Made by a program: the position numbers and the translations under genes
Part shown: piece by piece, positions 27,793-37,577 of the stretch
How positions within the stretch are numbered: position 1 is the first letter of the stretch
Layout: each line of letters starts with the position of its first letter
The notes under the pieces: generated by a model
Seen by the model: only the letters and a program-made list of their open reading frames with translations
Database searches by the model: none
What the model was told of the DNA's origin: nothing
Assembly (NCBI GenBank): GCA_030066655.1
Contig: JASJBE010000003.1
Span: forward strand, 2,032 to 66,031
Source: Woeseiaceae bacterium
GTDB taxonomy: Bacteria > Pseudomonadota > Gammaproteobacteria > Steroidobacterales > Woeseiaceae
Reading direction: 5' to 3'
DNA length: 64,000 bases

Positions 27793-30342
27793 CTAGAACA
27801 GGCTCTCTTCCTGGGCCTCTTCATCGTCTTCGCCCATGTTCAGGATGTCAGGTACCTCCTCGAGCTGCTCGCAGACCGGCACGTTGCCTTCACGGAACAG
27901 TTCAAAGGTCGTGTTGCGCTGTCCCGCCCGGGCCGGACAGCCTGTTTCCCGGTCGATCCGCTGCCTTAAGATGCCGCTCGGCATTGGCATCTGGTTCTCG
28001 GGCACGCCTTCGAGCGCGCGCTGCATGAACTGTATCCAGACCGGAAGGGCCGTGCGCGAACCCTCTTCGCCCGGGCCCAGCGGCAGGTCATCGTCGTAGC
28101 CGATCCAGACAATGGCAGCCATGTCGCCATTGAAGCCGCCGAACCACGCATCGCGTCGATCGTTCGACGTGCCCGTCTTCCCGGACAGGTCCCGCCGTTC
28201 CAGGACCAGCGCCCGCCGACCGGTACCGCGGCGAATCACGTCTCGCATCATGTCCTGCACGATAAAGGCGTTACGTTCGTCGATGGCCCGAGGTGCGGCG
28301 TTGATCGATTCGAACAGCCCCGGCGCGTCTTCAGCGTCCGGTCGGTAGTCGGTTCCAAGCTCCGCCATCTCGGCCATCGTGAACTCAGGCACATGCTCCA
28401 GCGCGAAACGGGTTTCCTCCCGTTCGCAGTCTTCGCAAACGACCAGGGGCTCGGCGCGGTAGAGCGTCTCGCCGGCCGGGCCGTAGATGCCATCGATCAC
28501 GTAGGGTTTGATGGCGAAGCCCCCGTTCGCGATCGTGGCGTAACCCTGCGCCATGTCCAGCGGTGACGCGCCGCCGGCGCCAAGCGCCAGCGATCCGTTG
28601 CGCGGCAATGCCCGCTCGCTGAATCCGAACTTGGAGATATGCCTGACGGCGCTGCCGATGCCCGTTTCGAACAACAGCAGTCGTACCGAGACCAGGTTCA
28701 TCGATCGCACGAGCGCCTCGCGCAGGCGCGTCGGACCGTAGAAACGGCCGCTGTAGTTAAGCGGGCGCCAGACGGCCTCGAGCTCGGATGAATTGATGAC
28801 GACCGGCGCGTCCAGCACGACGGTTGCCGCCGTGTTTCCCGCTTCGAGCGCTGCACTGTATATAAAGGGTTTAAACGACGAGCCCGGCTGGCGCAGGGCC
28901 TGCGTCGCGCGGTTGAATTTCTCGAGGCCGAAATCGAAGCCGCCAATCAGGCTCGTGATGGCGCCGTCGTACGGGTCCATCGAGACGATGGCGCCCTGTG
29001 CTTCCGGCGCATTGGTCAGTGCCCAGACGTCCAGCGTCGTCGGCATCACGTAAACGACGTCGCCGACCGCAAGCACGTCCTCGACAGACTCGGGCGCCGG
29101 CCCGGTGGTTTCCCTGTCGATGAACGGCTTCGCCCAGTCCATACCCTGCCACGGAATCTCTGACTGGCTCCCGTCGGCGAACAGGATGCTCGCGCTGTTG
29201 TCTTCATTCAGCGCCGTGACCAATGCAACGGACAGCCTGCCGGGGGCGTATTGCTCGAGCGCATCGAAGATTTCCGTCGGCCACTCGTCGAGCGAGGTCG
29301 CAAGCAGCTCGTCAGTCAGTTCGAAAGTGGCTATCGGACCGCGAAACCCGCGTCGCCGTGTGAACTCGAGCAGGCCGTTCTGCAACGCGTAGTTCGCGGC
29401 CGACTGCAGGCGTGAGTCGAGGGCGGTGACGACCTGGTAGCCGGCCGTGTACGTCTCCTCACCGTAGCGCGACAGCATCTCGCGGCGAACCATCTCGGCA
29501 ACGTAGGGCGCGTTCAGCTCCACGGCGGCGCCGTACAGGTTGGACTCCATCGGCGTGTCATACGCCGCGTCGTATTCCTCGCGACTGATGTAGCCGAGAT
29601 CGAGCATGCGCCCTAGCACATAGTTCCTGCGTCGCGTTGCGTCTCTCGGCGACCGAACAGGGTTGTAGCGCGACGGCGCCGGCAGGACGCCGGCCAGCGT
29701 CGCCGCCTCCGAGACGTTGATACGGGCCAGCGGTTTGTTGAAGTAAACCTGCGCCGCGGCGGCGACGCCGTACGCGCGCTGGCCGAAGAACATCTTGTTC
29801 AGGAACAGCGCCATGATCTGCTGTTTGGAGAATTCCTGCTCGATCTTGTAGGCCAGGAACGCTTCGTTGAGTTTTCGCACCAGGGTCTGTTCACGCGTCA
29901 GGAAGTAGTCGCGCGCGAGCTGTTGGGTCAGCGTGCTGCCGCCGCCGGCGATCTCGCCGGTCTGAATTAATTTGAACAGCGCCCGGCCGATGCCGATCGG
30001 ATCGATGCCGCCGTGTTCAAAGAAGCGCCGATCCTCCGCGGCAATGAACGCGTGGACGACATGCTCCGGCACGTCATCGAATTCGATAAGTATGCGTCGC
30101 CTCTGCCCGATCTCGGATATCAGCCTGCCGTCGCGGCTGAAAATGCGCAGCGGGATCTGTAAGGGGATGTCGGTGATCGTTTCCGCTTCCGGCAGCTTGG
30201 GCGATGCGTAGTAGTAGGCTCCGACGACGGCCGCGACACCGACGATACCGGCCAGGGTCGCGAGACCGGTCGCAACGATGCCCGCTCGCAGCCATCCCTT
30301 TCTGCGAGGTCTGTCGACTTGTTTTCCTGATCTTTCCTGCAT
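27793..30342 (-). CDS. mrcA: Penicillin-binding protein 1A (bifunctional transglycosylase/transpeptidase)
   Basis: Transglycosylase motif EDRRFFEHGGID and transpeptidase motifs SSFKP, SMN and KTGTSND. I prefer ATG 30342 over the TTG at 30366. Confidence 0.93.
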   Translation of the reverse strand: MQERSGKQVDRPRRKGWLRAGIVATGLATLAGIVGVAAVVGAYYYASPKLPEAETITDIPLQIPLRIFSRDGRLISEIGQRRRILIEFDDVPEHVVHAFIAAEDRRFFEHGGIDPIGIGRALFKLIQTGEIAGGGSTLTQQLARDYFLTREQTLVRKLNEAFLAYKIEQEFSKQQIMALFLNKMFFGQRAYGVAAAAQVYFNKPLARINVSEAATLAGVLPAPSRYNPVRSPRDATRRRNYVLGRMLDLGYISREEYDAAYDTPMESNLYGAAVELNAPYVAEMVRREMLSRYGEETYTAGYQVVTALDSRLQSAANYALQNGLLEFTRRRGFRGPIATFELTDELLATSLDEWPTEIFDALEQYAPGRLSVALVTALNEDNSASILFADGSQSEIPWQGMDWAKPFIDRETTGPAPESVEDVLAVGDVVYVMPTTLDVWALTNAPEAQGAIVSMDPYDGAITSLIGGFDFGLEKFNRATQALRQPGSSFKPFIYSAALEAGNTAATVVLDAPVVINSSELEAVWRPLNYSGRFYGPTRLREALVRSMNLVSVRLLLFETGIGSAVRHISKFGFSERALPRNGSLALGAGGASPLDMAQGYATIANGGFAIKPYVIDGIYGPAGETLYRAEPLVVCEDCEREETRFALEHVPEFTMAEMAELGTDYRPDAEDAPGLFESINAAPRAIDERNAFIVQDMMRDVIRRGTGRRALVLERRDLSGKTGTSNDRRDAWFGGFNGDMAAIVWIGYDDDLPLGPGEEGSRTALPVWIQFMQRALEGVPENQMPMPSGILRQRIDRETGCPARAGQRNTTFELFREGNVPVCEQLEEVPDILNMGEDDEEAQEESLF

Positions 30343-30528
30343 GCTGAGCGCTATTTCCGGCAACAAGGCAGCAAATGAAACGTGCCGAGCCTAACCATTA
30401 GTGACTAGAGTGATGGGAGTTTGGTGCGGGAAATGTGGCAATCCTGTGACACCACCGGATGAACGCGACGCATGATAGCGATCTTCAAGTGAAATAGGCA
30501 ATCGACTGGCTCCGGCAAGGGACGAAAA

Positions 30529-30618
30529 GTGAAAAAAGTTAAGTTCACAGAGCTAGCCGCCAACCAGTTCACAGAATGCGGGCGTACGGGTGAGTACCAT
30601 GCTGTCGCTGGATCGTGA
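30529..30618 (+). CDS. Candidate 29-aa small ORF upstream of pilM
   Basis: AAGGGA (30517-30522) lies 6 nt before GTG 30529. The product is (M)KKVKFTELAANQFTECGRTGEYHAVAGS. The TGA lies inside the hairpin cgtgac-aaca-gtcacg, which is followed by TTTTATTT. Below the track's length threshold. Speculative. Confidence 0.3.
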   Translation: MKKVKFTELAANQFTECGRTGEYHAVAGS

Positions 30619-30724
30619 CAACAGTCACGTTTTATTTAACATTTTATTGATATATAGTTAAATCGCTATGCTCAGGTCAAAGTTAGTTTTGACTCGCAAC
30701 CTACCGACTTAGAAGGGAAAATAC

Positions 30725-31786
30725 GTGTTATTCGGCAAGAAGACTCAGCCCCTCTTGGGCCTCGATATCACGACCTCGTCGGTCAAGCTGATAGAGCTCT
30801 CCCAAAGCGGAAAGCGCTATCGAGTCGAGTCCTATTCTGCAGAGCCCACACCACCCAGTTCCGTTAACGAAAAAGCGATCGTCGATGCTAAGGCTGTCGG
30901 CGAGGCGATTCGTCGTGCGGTCAAGCGTGCGGGTGCGAAAGCGACCGACGTTGCCGTTGCCATCAGCGGTGACGCCGCCATTACCAAAGTGATCCAGATG
31001 CCGTCCACGCTCTCCGAGCGCGACCTCGAAGGACAGGTGGAGATCCAGGCAGACCAGTACATCCCGTTCCCGATGGAAGAAGTCAGCTTCGACTACGAAG
31101 TGGTCGGTCCGAACGACAAGGACCCCGAGCTGATGGACGTTCTTCTCGTCGCGACGCGAACCGAGAATGTCGAGCAACGCGAGAACGCCGTTGCGGCCGC
31201 CGGGCTCGCGACGAAGATTGTCGACGTCGAAGCCTTCGCTCTCGAGAATGCCTGCCAGCTTCTGAGTCACCAGATTCCGGAGGCGGATGGCGAGCAGACG
31301 GTCGCCGTCGTCGACATCGGCGCCAGCAGCACGACGTTCTCTGTGCTGCAGGACCTCAAAGTTATCTACACGCGCGACTTCAACTTCGGCGGCCAGCAGC
31401 TGACCGAGGAAATCATGCGTACCTACGGCCTTTCGATGGAAGACGCCGGACGGGCCAAGAAGCAGGGCGGCCTACCCAGCAACTACCAGCCGGAAGTGCT
31501 GGAGCCTTTCATCGATGACATGACGCAGCAGGTCAGCCGTTCGCTGCAGTTCTACCTGGCGTCAGGTGGCGGCCGCGAGCAGCCGGACCTGATCCTGGTC
31601 TGCGGCGGTTGCGCGAACATTCCGGGCATCGCAGACGTTATCTCATCTCGCGTCGGTATCCCGACCGAAGTGGGCGATCCGCTCGGACAAATGAAGATTT
31701 CATCGAAAGCGAAGTCACAGGGCGTCACGAAAGACGCAACGGCCCTGCTGACGGCTTGCGGTCTGGCACTAAGGAGTTTCGACTAA
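30725..31786 (+). CDS. pilM: Type IV pilus assembly protein PilM
   Basis: Actin-like ATPase fold with LLGLDITTSSVKLIELS at the N-terminus. It is the first gene of pilMNOPQ and divergent from mrcA, as in Pseudomonas. Confidence 0.92.
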   Translation: MLFGKKTQPLLGLDITTSSVKLIELSQSGKRYRVESYSAEPTPPSSVNEKAIVDAKAVGEAIRRAVKRAGAKATDVAVAISGDAAITKVIQMPSTLSERDLEGQVEIQADQYIPFPMEEVSFDYEVVGPNDKDPELMDVLLVATRTENVEQRENAVAAAGLATKIVDVEAFALENACQLLSHQIPEADGEQTVAVVDIGASSTTFSVLQDLKVIYTRDFNFGGQQLTEEIMRTYGLSMEDAGRAKKQGGLPSNYQPEVLEPFIDDMTQQVSRSLQFYLASGGGREQPDLILVCGGCANIPGIADVISSRVGIPTEVGDPLGQMKISSKAKSQGVTKDATALLTACGLALRSFD

Positions 31787-31787
31787 G

Positions 31788-32351
31788 ATGCCAAGCATTA
31801 ACCTATTGCCGTGGCGCGAAGCAGAGCGCAAGAAGCGACAACGAGACTTCGGCGTAGCACTAGCCGCCGGTGTCGTCGTCGCCATCGCCGGCGTTCTTGC
31901 GACGATGTTCTTCTACGACGGCCTGATCGACAACCAGATGGACAAGAACAATCGCCTGACGGCCGAGATCCGCGAGCTTGAGAAGAGCATCGAGGAGATC
32001 GACGGATTGGAGCGGCAGAAAGAACGCCTGCTTGCTCGCATGGAGATCATCAACCGGTTGCAGAAGAGCCGCCCGGAAATCGTCCACCTGTTTGACGAGA
32101 TGACCCGCCAGCTGCCAGACGGCGTGTACCTGACCAGCATGCGGCAGACCGGAGATCGGATTCAGATTCGCGGTATCGCGCAGTCGAGCACTCGCGTCTC
32201 TGCATTGATGCGCCAGATCGACGCCTCCGACTGGATGACGGACCCGGAGGTTGAGCGTGTCTCGACGACGACCGTCGGCAATTCGCGCCAGGCCGAGTTC
32301 ACCGTGTACCTCAAGCAGGTTCGTTTCTCATCAGGGGGGGACGAAGTATGA
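31788..32351 (+). CDS. pilN: Type IV pilus assembly protein PilN
   Basis: INLLPWRE N-terminus, a single TM segment and a coiled coil. The position fits. Confidence 0.9.
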   Translation: MPSINLLPWREAERKKRQRDFGVALAAGVVVAIAGVLATMFFYDGLIDNQMDKNNRLTAEIRELEKSIEEIDGLERQKERLLARMEIINRLQKSRPEIVHLFDEMTRQLPDGVYLTSMRQTGDRIQIRGIAQSSTRVSALMRQIDASDWMTDPEVERVSTTTVGNSRQAEFTVYLKQVRFSSGGDEV

Positions 32352-32947
32352 ATGTCATGGAGGAACTCCAGGCGCTTGACGTCAATGACGTCGGTCGCTG
32401 GCCGCTGGTATTCCGCGCCGCCGTCATCGCGATCGTATTCGTCGGTGTCCTGGGACTGGGTATCTACTTCACCATCGTGAAGGACAAGGCGCCGCAGCTG
32501 CAGAAGGCCGAAGCCACCGAGCAGGATCTTCGCCAGGTATTCGAGAACAAACAGCGCAAGGCCGCTAACTACGACGAGTACAAAGAGCAGCTCGCAGAGA
32601 TGGAACAGTCTTTCGGCACGATGCTCCGCCAGTTGCCCGGTGAGACCGAGATCCCGAGCCTGATCGTCGACATCTCGCAAACGGGACTTGCAGCCGGCCT
32701 GCAGGAGCGGCTGTTTGAACCGCAGTCGGAAGTGCCGCGCGACTTCTACGCCGAGAAGCCGATTCGAATCCGTCTGACCGGCGGCTATCACGAGATCGCC
32801 GACTTCGTTAGCGGTATTGCAGCGCTGCCGCGTATCGTGACCTTGCACAACATCAATATTACGTCCGGTGGCGGGGCTGGTGTCTACAACGAGCTGAGCA
32901 TGGAAGTTACCGCCAAGACCTATCGCTACATTGAGGAGGCTGACTAA
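32348..32947 (+). CDS. pilO: Type IV pilus assembly protein PilO
   Basis: 4-nt overlap with pilN. A single TM segment is followed by a coiled coil and a ferredoxin-like C-terminus. Confidence 0.88.
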   Translation: MNVMEELQALDVNDVGRWPLVFRAAVIAIVFVGVLGLGIYFTIVKDKAPQLQKAEATEQDLRQVFENKQRKAANYDEYKEQLAEMEQSFGTMLRQLPGETEIPSLIVDISQTGLAAGLQERLFEPQSEVPRDFYAEKPIRIRLTGGYHEIADFVSGIAALPRIVTLHNINITSGGGAGVYNELSMEVTAKTYRYIEEAD

Positions 32948-33471
32948 TGGCTGTCAAAGCATGGTCAAAACTCGCAATCGTGGCCTTTGTCGCAGCTGGC
33001 ATGGCCGGTTGCGGATCGGACATGGATGAGCTCGACGCTTACATCAACGAGGTCAAACAGCGACCCGGTCGTGGCATTGAGCCGTTGCCCGAGATCATCC
33101 CCTACGAAGTATTCGAGTATCAGGCGGGCGATCAAGGCTTTCGGCCGCCGTTCCAGCCAGACACGCCGCAGTCGGCGGGTGGCGCAGCGGGCGGTGCGCG
33201 ACCGGACCCGGATCGCGTTCCGGAGTTCCTCGAGAGCTTCCCGTTAGACACGCTTCGCATGGTTGGCACGCTGGACATGTCCGAGAACGTTTACGGCCTC
33301 GTGCAGACCTCAGATGGCCTGATTCATCGCGTGATCCTCGGCAACTACATGGGGCAGAACGACGGTCGAATCACTGGAATTACGGAATCAGAAATCACAC
33401 TGGTTGAGATTATTTCTGATGGTATAGGCGGCTACATTGAAAGAGACGCCGCGATCAGTCTTCAGAACTGA
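32947..33471 (+). CDS. pilP: Type IV pilus assembly lipoprotein PilP
   Basis: Lipobox AGMAGC. The start overlaps the pilO stop. Confidence 0.85.
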   Translation: MAVKAWSKLAIVAFVAAGMAGCGSDMDELDAYINEVKQRPGRGIEPLPEIIPYEVFEYQAGDQGFRPPFQPDTPQSAGGAAGGARPDPDRVPEFLESFPLDTLRMVGTLDMSENVYGLVQTSDGLIHRVILGNYMGQNDGRITGITESEITLVEIISDGIGGYIERDAAISLQN

Positions 33472-33499
33472 TACCTGAATGGAACTGGGAGTAATAGGA

Positions 33500-35677
33500 A
33501 TGACGCTCAAATTTGAACCGACGGTCGGAATTCGACGTACGGTGTTGTCTTTGGCTGCAGCGGCGCAGGTGCTGTTCTTCGCGATGAGCGCGAACGCACA
33601 GGTCCCGAATCAACTGCAGGACATTCAGGTACAGAGTCTGCCGGGCGAACAGGTAGAGCTGAAGCTCATCATGAGCGAAGCTGCTCCTGAGCCGCTGGCT
33701 TTCACGATCGAAAATCCTGCGCGAATCGCGCTCGACCTTCCTGACACAGCACTCGCGCTTAGCTCCCGCCGTCGCGACGTCAATATGGGTCCGCTGGACA
33801 CCGTACTGACGGCCGAGGCCAACGGCAGGACGCGTGTCGTACTGAATCTCGATCAAATGGTTGCTTACGAGACTCGACGCAGCGGCAACGTCGTGACAGT
33901 CGTGCTCGGAGACGGCGACGACTACAGCGCTGGAACCACCCAGTTCGCCAGCAATGTAACGTCATCTCCGGCTACCTACTCGTCGCCGGGCGTTCGTTCG
34001 GTAGACGGCATCGACTTCCGCCGCACGCGTGAGGGTGGCGGTCGCGTCATGATCCAGTTGAGCGATCCGTCAACGCCGGTCGATATTCGACAGGAAGGCG
34101 GTCGCGTTGTTGCGGTATTCAAGGACACGGAACTCCCGGCCGAGCTGATGCGTCGCCTGGATGTGATGGACTTTGCGACACCGGTTTCTACCGTCGATGC
34201 GCTGCGTTCCAATCTCGACACGCGCGTCGTCATCTCGGCCGAAGGCCGCTACGAGCAGCTGGCTTATCAGTCTGACAATGAGTTCACGATCGAGATCAAC
34301 CCGGTCGTCGACGCCGAGGAAGCTGAGAGCGGGCTGTTCTCGGAGACGAAGGAATACGAAGGACAGCGCCTGACGCTGAACTTCCAGGACATCGAGACGC
34401 GTGCGGTGCTGCAGCTGCTCGCCGAGACGTCCGGCAAGAACATCGTTGTGTCCGACACGGTATCCGGCAACGTCACGCTGAGACTGCGTAACGTTCCGTG
34501 GGACCAGGCACTCGATATCGTCATGACGACGAAGGGTCTGGACATGCGCCAGAACGGCAACGTCATCATCGTCGCCCCGGCCGATGAAATCGCGGCCCGC
34601 GAGACGGCGGACCTCGAGGCCAAGCAGGCGATCAGCGAGCTGGAGCCGATGTACTCCGAGTTCCTGCAGGTTAACTACGCGAAGGCCGACGACCTGGCGG
34701 GCCTGATTTCGGGTGGCGGCGGCAACTCGCTGCTGTCGGATCGCGGCAGCATCGCCGTCGACTCACGCACGAACACGCTGTTGGTGCAGGACACGGCCGA
34801 GAAGCTGCAGGATATTCGCCGACTGGTTCGCACGCTCGATATTCCGATCAAGCAGGTCCTGATCGAGTCGCGCATCGTCGTTGTCAACGATGACTTCAGT
34901 CGCGATCTTGGCGTGCGTCTCGGTGTCACCGCGTTCCGGGAGAACAGTGCTGACGGCGTCACGGTGATTTCCGGCTCCGGCACCGGTACCGACACCATGA
35001 TTGGGTCGGCGCTCGATAACCTCGCCGATCCGTCGAACGGTACGATCTTCCCGATCGAGTTGCCGGCACTCAACAACCGTTACAATGTGTCCCTTCCGGT
35101 TGCCGAGGGCGCAGGCCGCTTCTCGCTGGCAGTCCTCGAGAGCGACTACCTCGTCGATCTCGAGCTGACGGCGCTCGAGGCCGAGGGCCGCGGCGAGATC
35201 GTTTCGACGCCTCGCGTCATCACGGCCAACCAGAGCGAAGCGCGCATCGAGCAGGGTGTCGAGATTCCGTATCAGCAGGCCTCGTCGTCAGGTGCGACGA
35301 ACGTACAGTTCAAGAAGGCAGTGCTTAGCCTGACGGTCACGCCGCAGATCACGCCCGATAACAAGATCATCATGGACCTCAACGTCAACAAGGACAGCGT
35401 AGGCCAGGTCATCTCCACGGGTGGTGCTGGCGGCACGGTACCGTCGATCGATACCCGACAAGTGCAGACCCAGGTACTGGTCCAGGACGGCCAGACGGTC
35501 GTACTCGGCGGCATCTACGAGACCGAACGTCGTGAGACGATCACGAAGGTTCCGGTTCTTGGCGACATTCCGATTGCCGGCAACCTGTTCAAGAACAAGA
35601 CTCGCACGAACAACAAGGCCGAGCTGCTGATCTTCGTTACACCGCGGATCTTGTCGGAAGGGGCAACGGTTAATTAG
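33500..35677 (+). CDS. pilQ: Type IV pilus secretin PilQ
   Basis: AMIN-like N-terminal repeats and a secretin C-terminal domain (VPVLGDIPIAGNLFK). I prefer ATG 33500 over 33479. Confidence 0.93.
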   Translation: MTLKFEPTVGIRRTVLSLAAAAQVLFFAMSANAQVPNQLQDIQVQSLPGEQVELKLIMSEAAPEPLAFTIENPARIALDLPDTALALSSRRRDVNMGPLDTVLTAEANGRTRVVLNLDQMVAYETRRSGNVVTVVLGDGDDYSAGTTQFASNVTSSPATYSSPGVRSVDGIDFRRTREGGGRVMIQLSDPSTPVDIRQEGGRVVAVFKDTELPAELMRRLDVMDFATPVSTVDALRSNLDTRVVISAEGRYEQLAYQSDNEFTIEINPVVDAEEAESGLFSETKEYEGQRLTLNFQDIETRAVLQLLAETSGKNIVVSDTVSGNVTLRLRNVPWDQALDIVMTTKGLDMRQNGNVIIVAPADEIAARETADLEAKQAISELEPMYSEFLQVNYAKADDLAGLISGGGGNSLLSDRGSIAVDSRTNTLLVQDTAEKLQDIRRLVRTLDIPIKQVLIESRIVVVNDDFSRDLGVRLGVTAFRENSADGVTVISGSGTGTDTMIGSALDNLADPSNGTIFPIELPALNNRYNVSLPVAEGAGRFSLAVLESDYLVDLELTALEAEGRGEIVSTPRVITANQSEARIEQGVEIPYQQASSSGATNVQFKKAVLSLTVTPQITPDNKIIMDLNVNKDSVGQVISTGGAGGTVPSIDTRQVQTQVLVQDGQTVVLGGIYETERRETITKVPVLGDIPIAGNLFKNKTRTNNKAELLIFVTPRILSEGATVN

Positions 35678-35874
35678 GGCCTGTCCCTGTCACCTAAGCT
35701 AGTCTTGTAAAAAGCCGGGCATTCGCCCGGCTTTTTACCTTTCAGGCCGATCATCACCAAGCACTCAGCGGCGTTGTCGTTCGCTTGTGTAGCGGTGCTA
35801 CACGGCGCTCGCTCCGCCTTGCTGAGCACTTGGTGACGACCGGCAAGACCAGCTTAGGTGACAGGGACAGGCCC
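35677..35874. repeat. 198-bp nested-palindrome element between pilQ and aroK
   Basis: A perfect 24-bp inverted repeat GGGCCTGTCCCTGTCACCTAAGCT (35677-35700 and 35851-35874) encloses a terminator hairpin and a second long imperfect hairpin. That hairpin has arms 35754-35769 and 35821-35836 matching 14/16, extendable to about 24 bp, with an internal gtgtagc-ggt-gctacac. A T7 run follows the outer stem. Confidence 0.85.
35709..35736 (+). terminator. Intrinsic terminator downstream of pilQ (bidirectional geometry)
   Basis: aaaaagccgggc-attc-gcccggcttttt. Confidence 0.8.
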
Positions 35875-35926
35875 CGGCCTCTTTTTTTGGTTTCCGCCAG
35901 GCTGGCTGTGGCATGCTGTTTCATGG

Positions 35927-36445
35927 ATGAGCACTTTAAGCAGCATATTTCTCGTGGGCCCTATGGGTGCCGGCAAGTCGGCCGTCGGTCGACAGCTCGG
36001 CAGGCTGCTGAACATGGAGTTCATCGACAGCGACGATGAGATAGAGAGGCGCACCGGCGTCGACATTGCCTTTATCTTCGAGAAAGAGGGAGAGCAGGGT
36101 TTCCGCGATCGGGAGAGCCGGGTCATCGATGAATTGTCACAGCGCCAGGGTATTGTCCTTGCGACCGGCGGTGGCGTCGTTATGCGCGACGAGAACCGCA
36201 ATTGCCTCGCCGCTCGCGGCTTCGTCGTCTACCTGCAGACCAGCGTCGAGCAGCAATGGCAGAGGACCAGCAAGGGTCGCCACCGGCCGTTGTTGCTCCG
36301 TGAGGATCCGAAGGCTGCGTTGCAGGAGCTGATGGACCTGCGTGAGCCTCTCTACAAGGACCTCGCAGACCTCGTCGTCGATACGGACGGCCGAAAAGTA
36401 GGGTCCGTCGCCGGGGAAATTGCGAGGTGCGTCAACGAGGGATGA
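35927..36445 (+). CDS. aroK: Shikimate kinase
   Basis: ATG 35927 lies within track ORF 35858..36445. P-loop GPMGAGKSAVG. Confidence 0.92.
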   Translation: MSTLSSIFLVGPMGAGKSAVGRQLGRLLNMEFIDSDDEIERRTGVDIAFIFEKEGEQGFRDRESRVIDELSQRQGIVLATGGGVVMRDENRNCLAARGFVVYLQTSVEQQWQRTSKGRHRPLLLREDPKAALQELMDLREPLYKDLADLVVDTDGRKVGSVAGEIARCVNEG

Positions 36446-36506
36446 CGTTCTTACCGCGGCCCGGTTTGTGCGTTAACCTTATCCTTTTAAGCGCAGCATA
36501 CTCAGC

Positions 36507-37577
36507 GTGACTGTTTTGCATCAGATTTCCGTCGACCTCGGCGACCGCTCTTATCCCATCGTCATCGGCAGCGAGCTGCTGTCCGGAGGCTTCGACCTGT
36601 CACCCTTTATTGCCGGTGCGAATTGCCTGGTCGTGACGAACGAGACTGTTGGCCCGCTGTACGAGGCGGCGCTGCTCGACAGCCTGTGTGGCAGGCAGGT
36701 CGAGACGCTGGCGCTGCCGGATGGTGAGCAGTTCAAGACGCTGGACACGATGGTCAGCATTCTGGATCGGCTGACCGCCTCGGGTTTTTCGAGAGATACG
36801 ACGCTGATAGCGCTCGGCGGAGGCGTCGTCGGCGACATTACCGGCTTCGCGGCGGCCTGCTACATGCGGGGCGTCGACTTCATCCAGGTACCTACGACGC
36901 TGCTGGCGCAGGTCGATTCATCCGTAGGTGGCAAGACCGGCGTCAATCATGCCGCCGGAAAAAACCTCGTTGGCGCGTTCCACCAGCCGCGCATGGTCAT
37001 GATCGATACGAACACGCTGTCGACGTTGCCGGAGCGGCAGATGAAGGCGGGGCTGGCGGAGGTGATCAAGTACGGCGCCATTGCTGACCTCGAGTTCCTT
37101 GCCTGGCTGGAAGACAACATGCAGGCGCTGCTGGAAAAGGATGCCGGCGCGCTCGCCCATGCGATCAGGCGTTCCTGCGAACTGAAGGCGGAGGTGGTCT
37201 CGGACGACGAACGGGAGGCCGGTCGCCGCGCGATTCTGAACTTCGGCCACACCTTCGGTCACGCCATCGAACGCTGCCAGGGCTACGGTGATTGGTTGCA
37301 CGGCGAAGCGGTCGCGGCCGGCATGGTGATGGCCGCCGAGTTGAGTGGCCTGCCGTCCGGCGATGTCGATCGCCTGCGAACGCTGATCGAAACAGCCGGC
37401 CTGCCGGTCGCATCCCCGGATATCGGCGAAGAGGCCATGCGCGACGCCATGGGCATGGACAAGAAGGTGCGCTCCGGGCAGCTGCGATTCGTCCTGCTGG
37501 AGTCACTGGGCCACGCTGTCGTCAGCAGCGACTACGACGATGCCGTTCTGAGCAGGGTGCTGAGCTCCGCCGCATGA
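36507..37577 (+). CDS. aroB: 3-dehydroquinate synthase
   Basis: [20 protein letters not shown] and the metal ligands HTFGHAIE...HGEAV. Confidence 0.93.
   Translation: MTVLHQISVDLGDRSYPIVIGSELLSGGFDLSPFIAGANCLVVTNETVGPLYEAALLDSLCGRQVETLALPDGEQFKTLDTMVSILDRLTASGFSRDTTLIALGGGVVGDITGFAAACYMRGVDFIQVPTTLLAQVDSSVGGKTGVNHAAGKNLVGAFHQPRMVMIDTNTLSTLPERQMKAGLAEVIKYGAIADLEFLAWLEDNMQALLEKDAGALAHAIRRSCELKAEVVSDDEREAGRRAILNFGHTFGHAIERCQGYGDWLHGEAVAAGMVMAAELSGLPSGDVDRLRTLIETAGLPVASPDIGEEAMRDAMGMDKKVRSGQLRFVLLESLGHAVVSSDYDDAVLSRVLSSAA

Noticed and set aside
37292-37573. N-terminal extensions offered by the ORF track. Examples: 37292 for the dGTPase-like gene, 11488 for comF, 22507 for rph, 21729 for PP2C, 25366 for rpmE, 35858 for aroK, 10678 for coxB, 5607 for the SCO-like gene.
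   Set aside because: The extensions overlap upstream genes in other frames or are Arg-rich nonsense. Internal ATG or GTG codons give canonical N-termini, often with ATGA or TAGTG coupling to the upstream gene.
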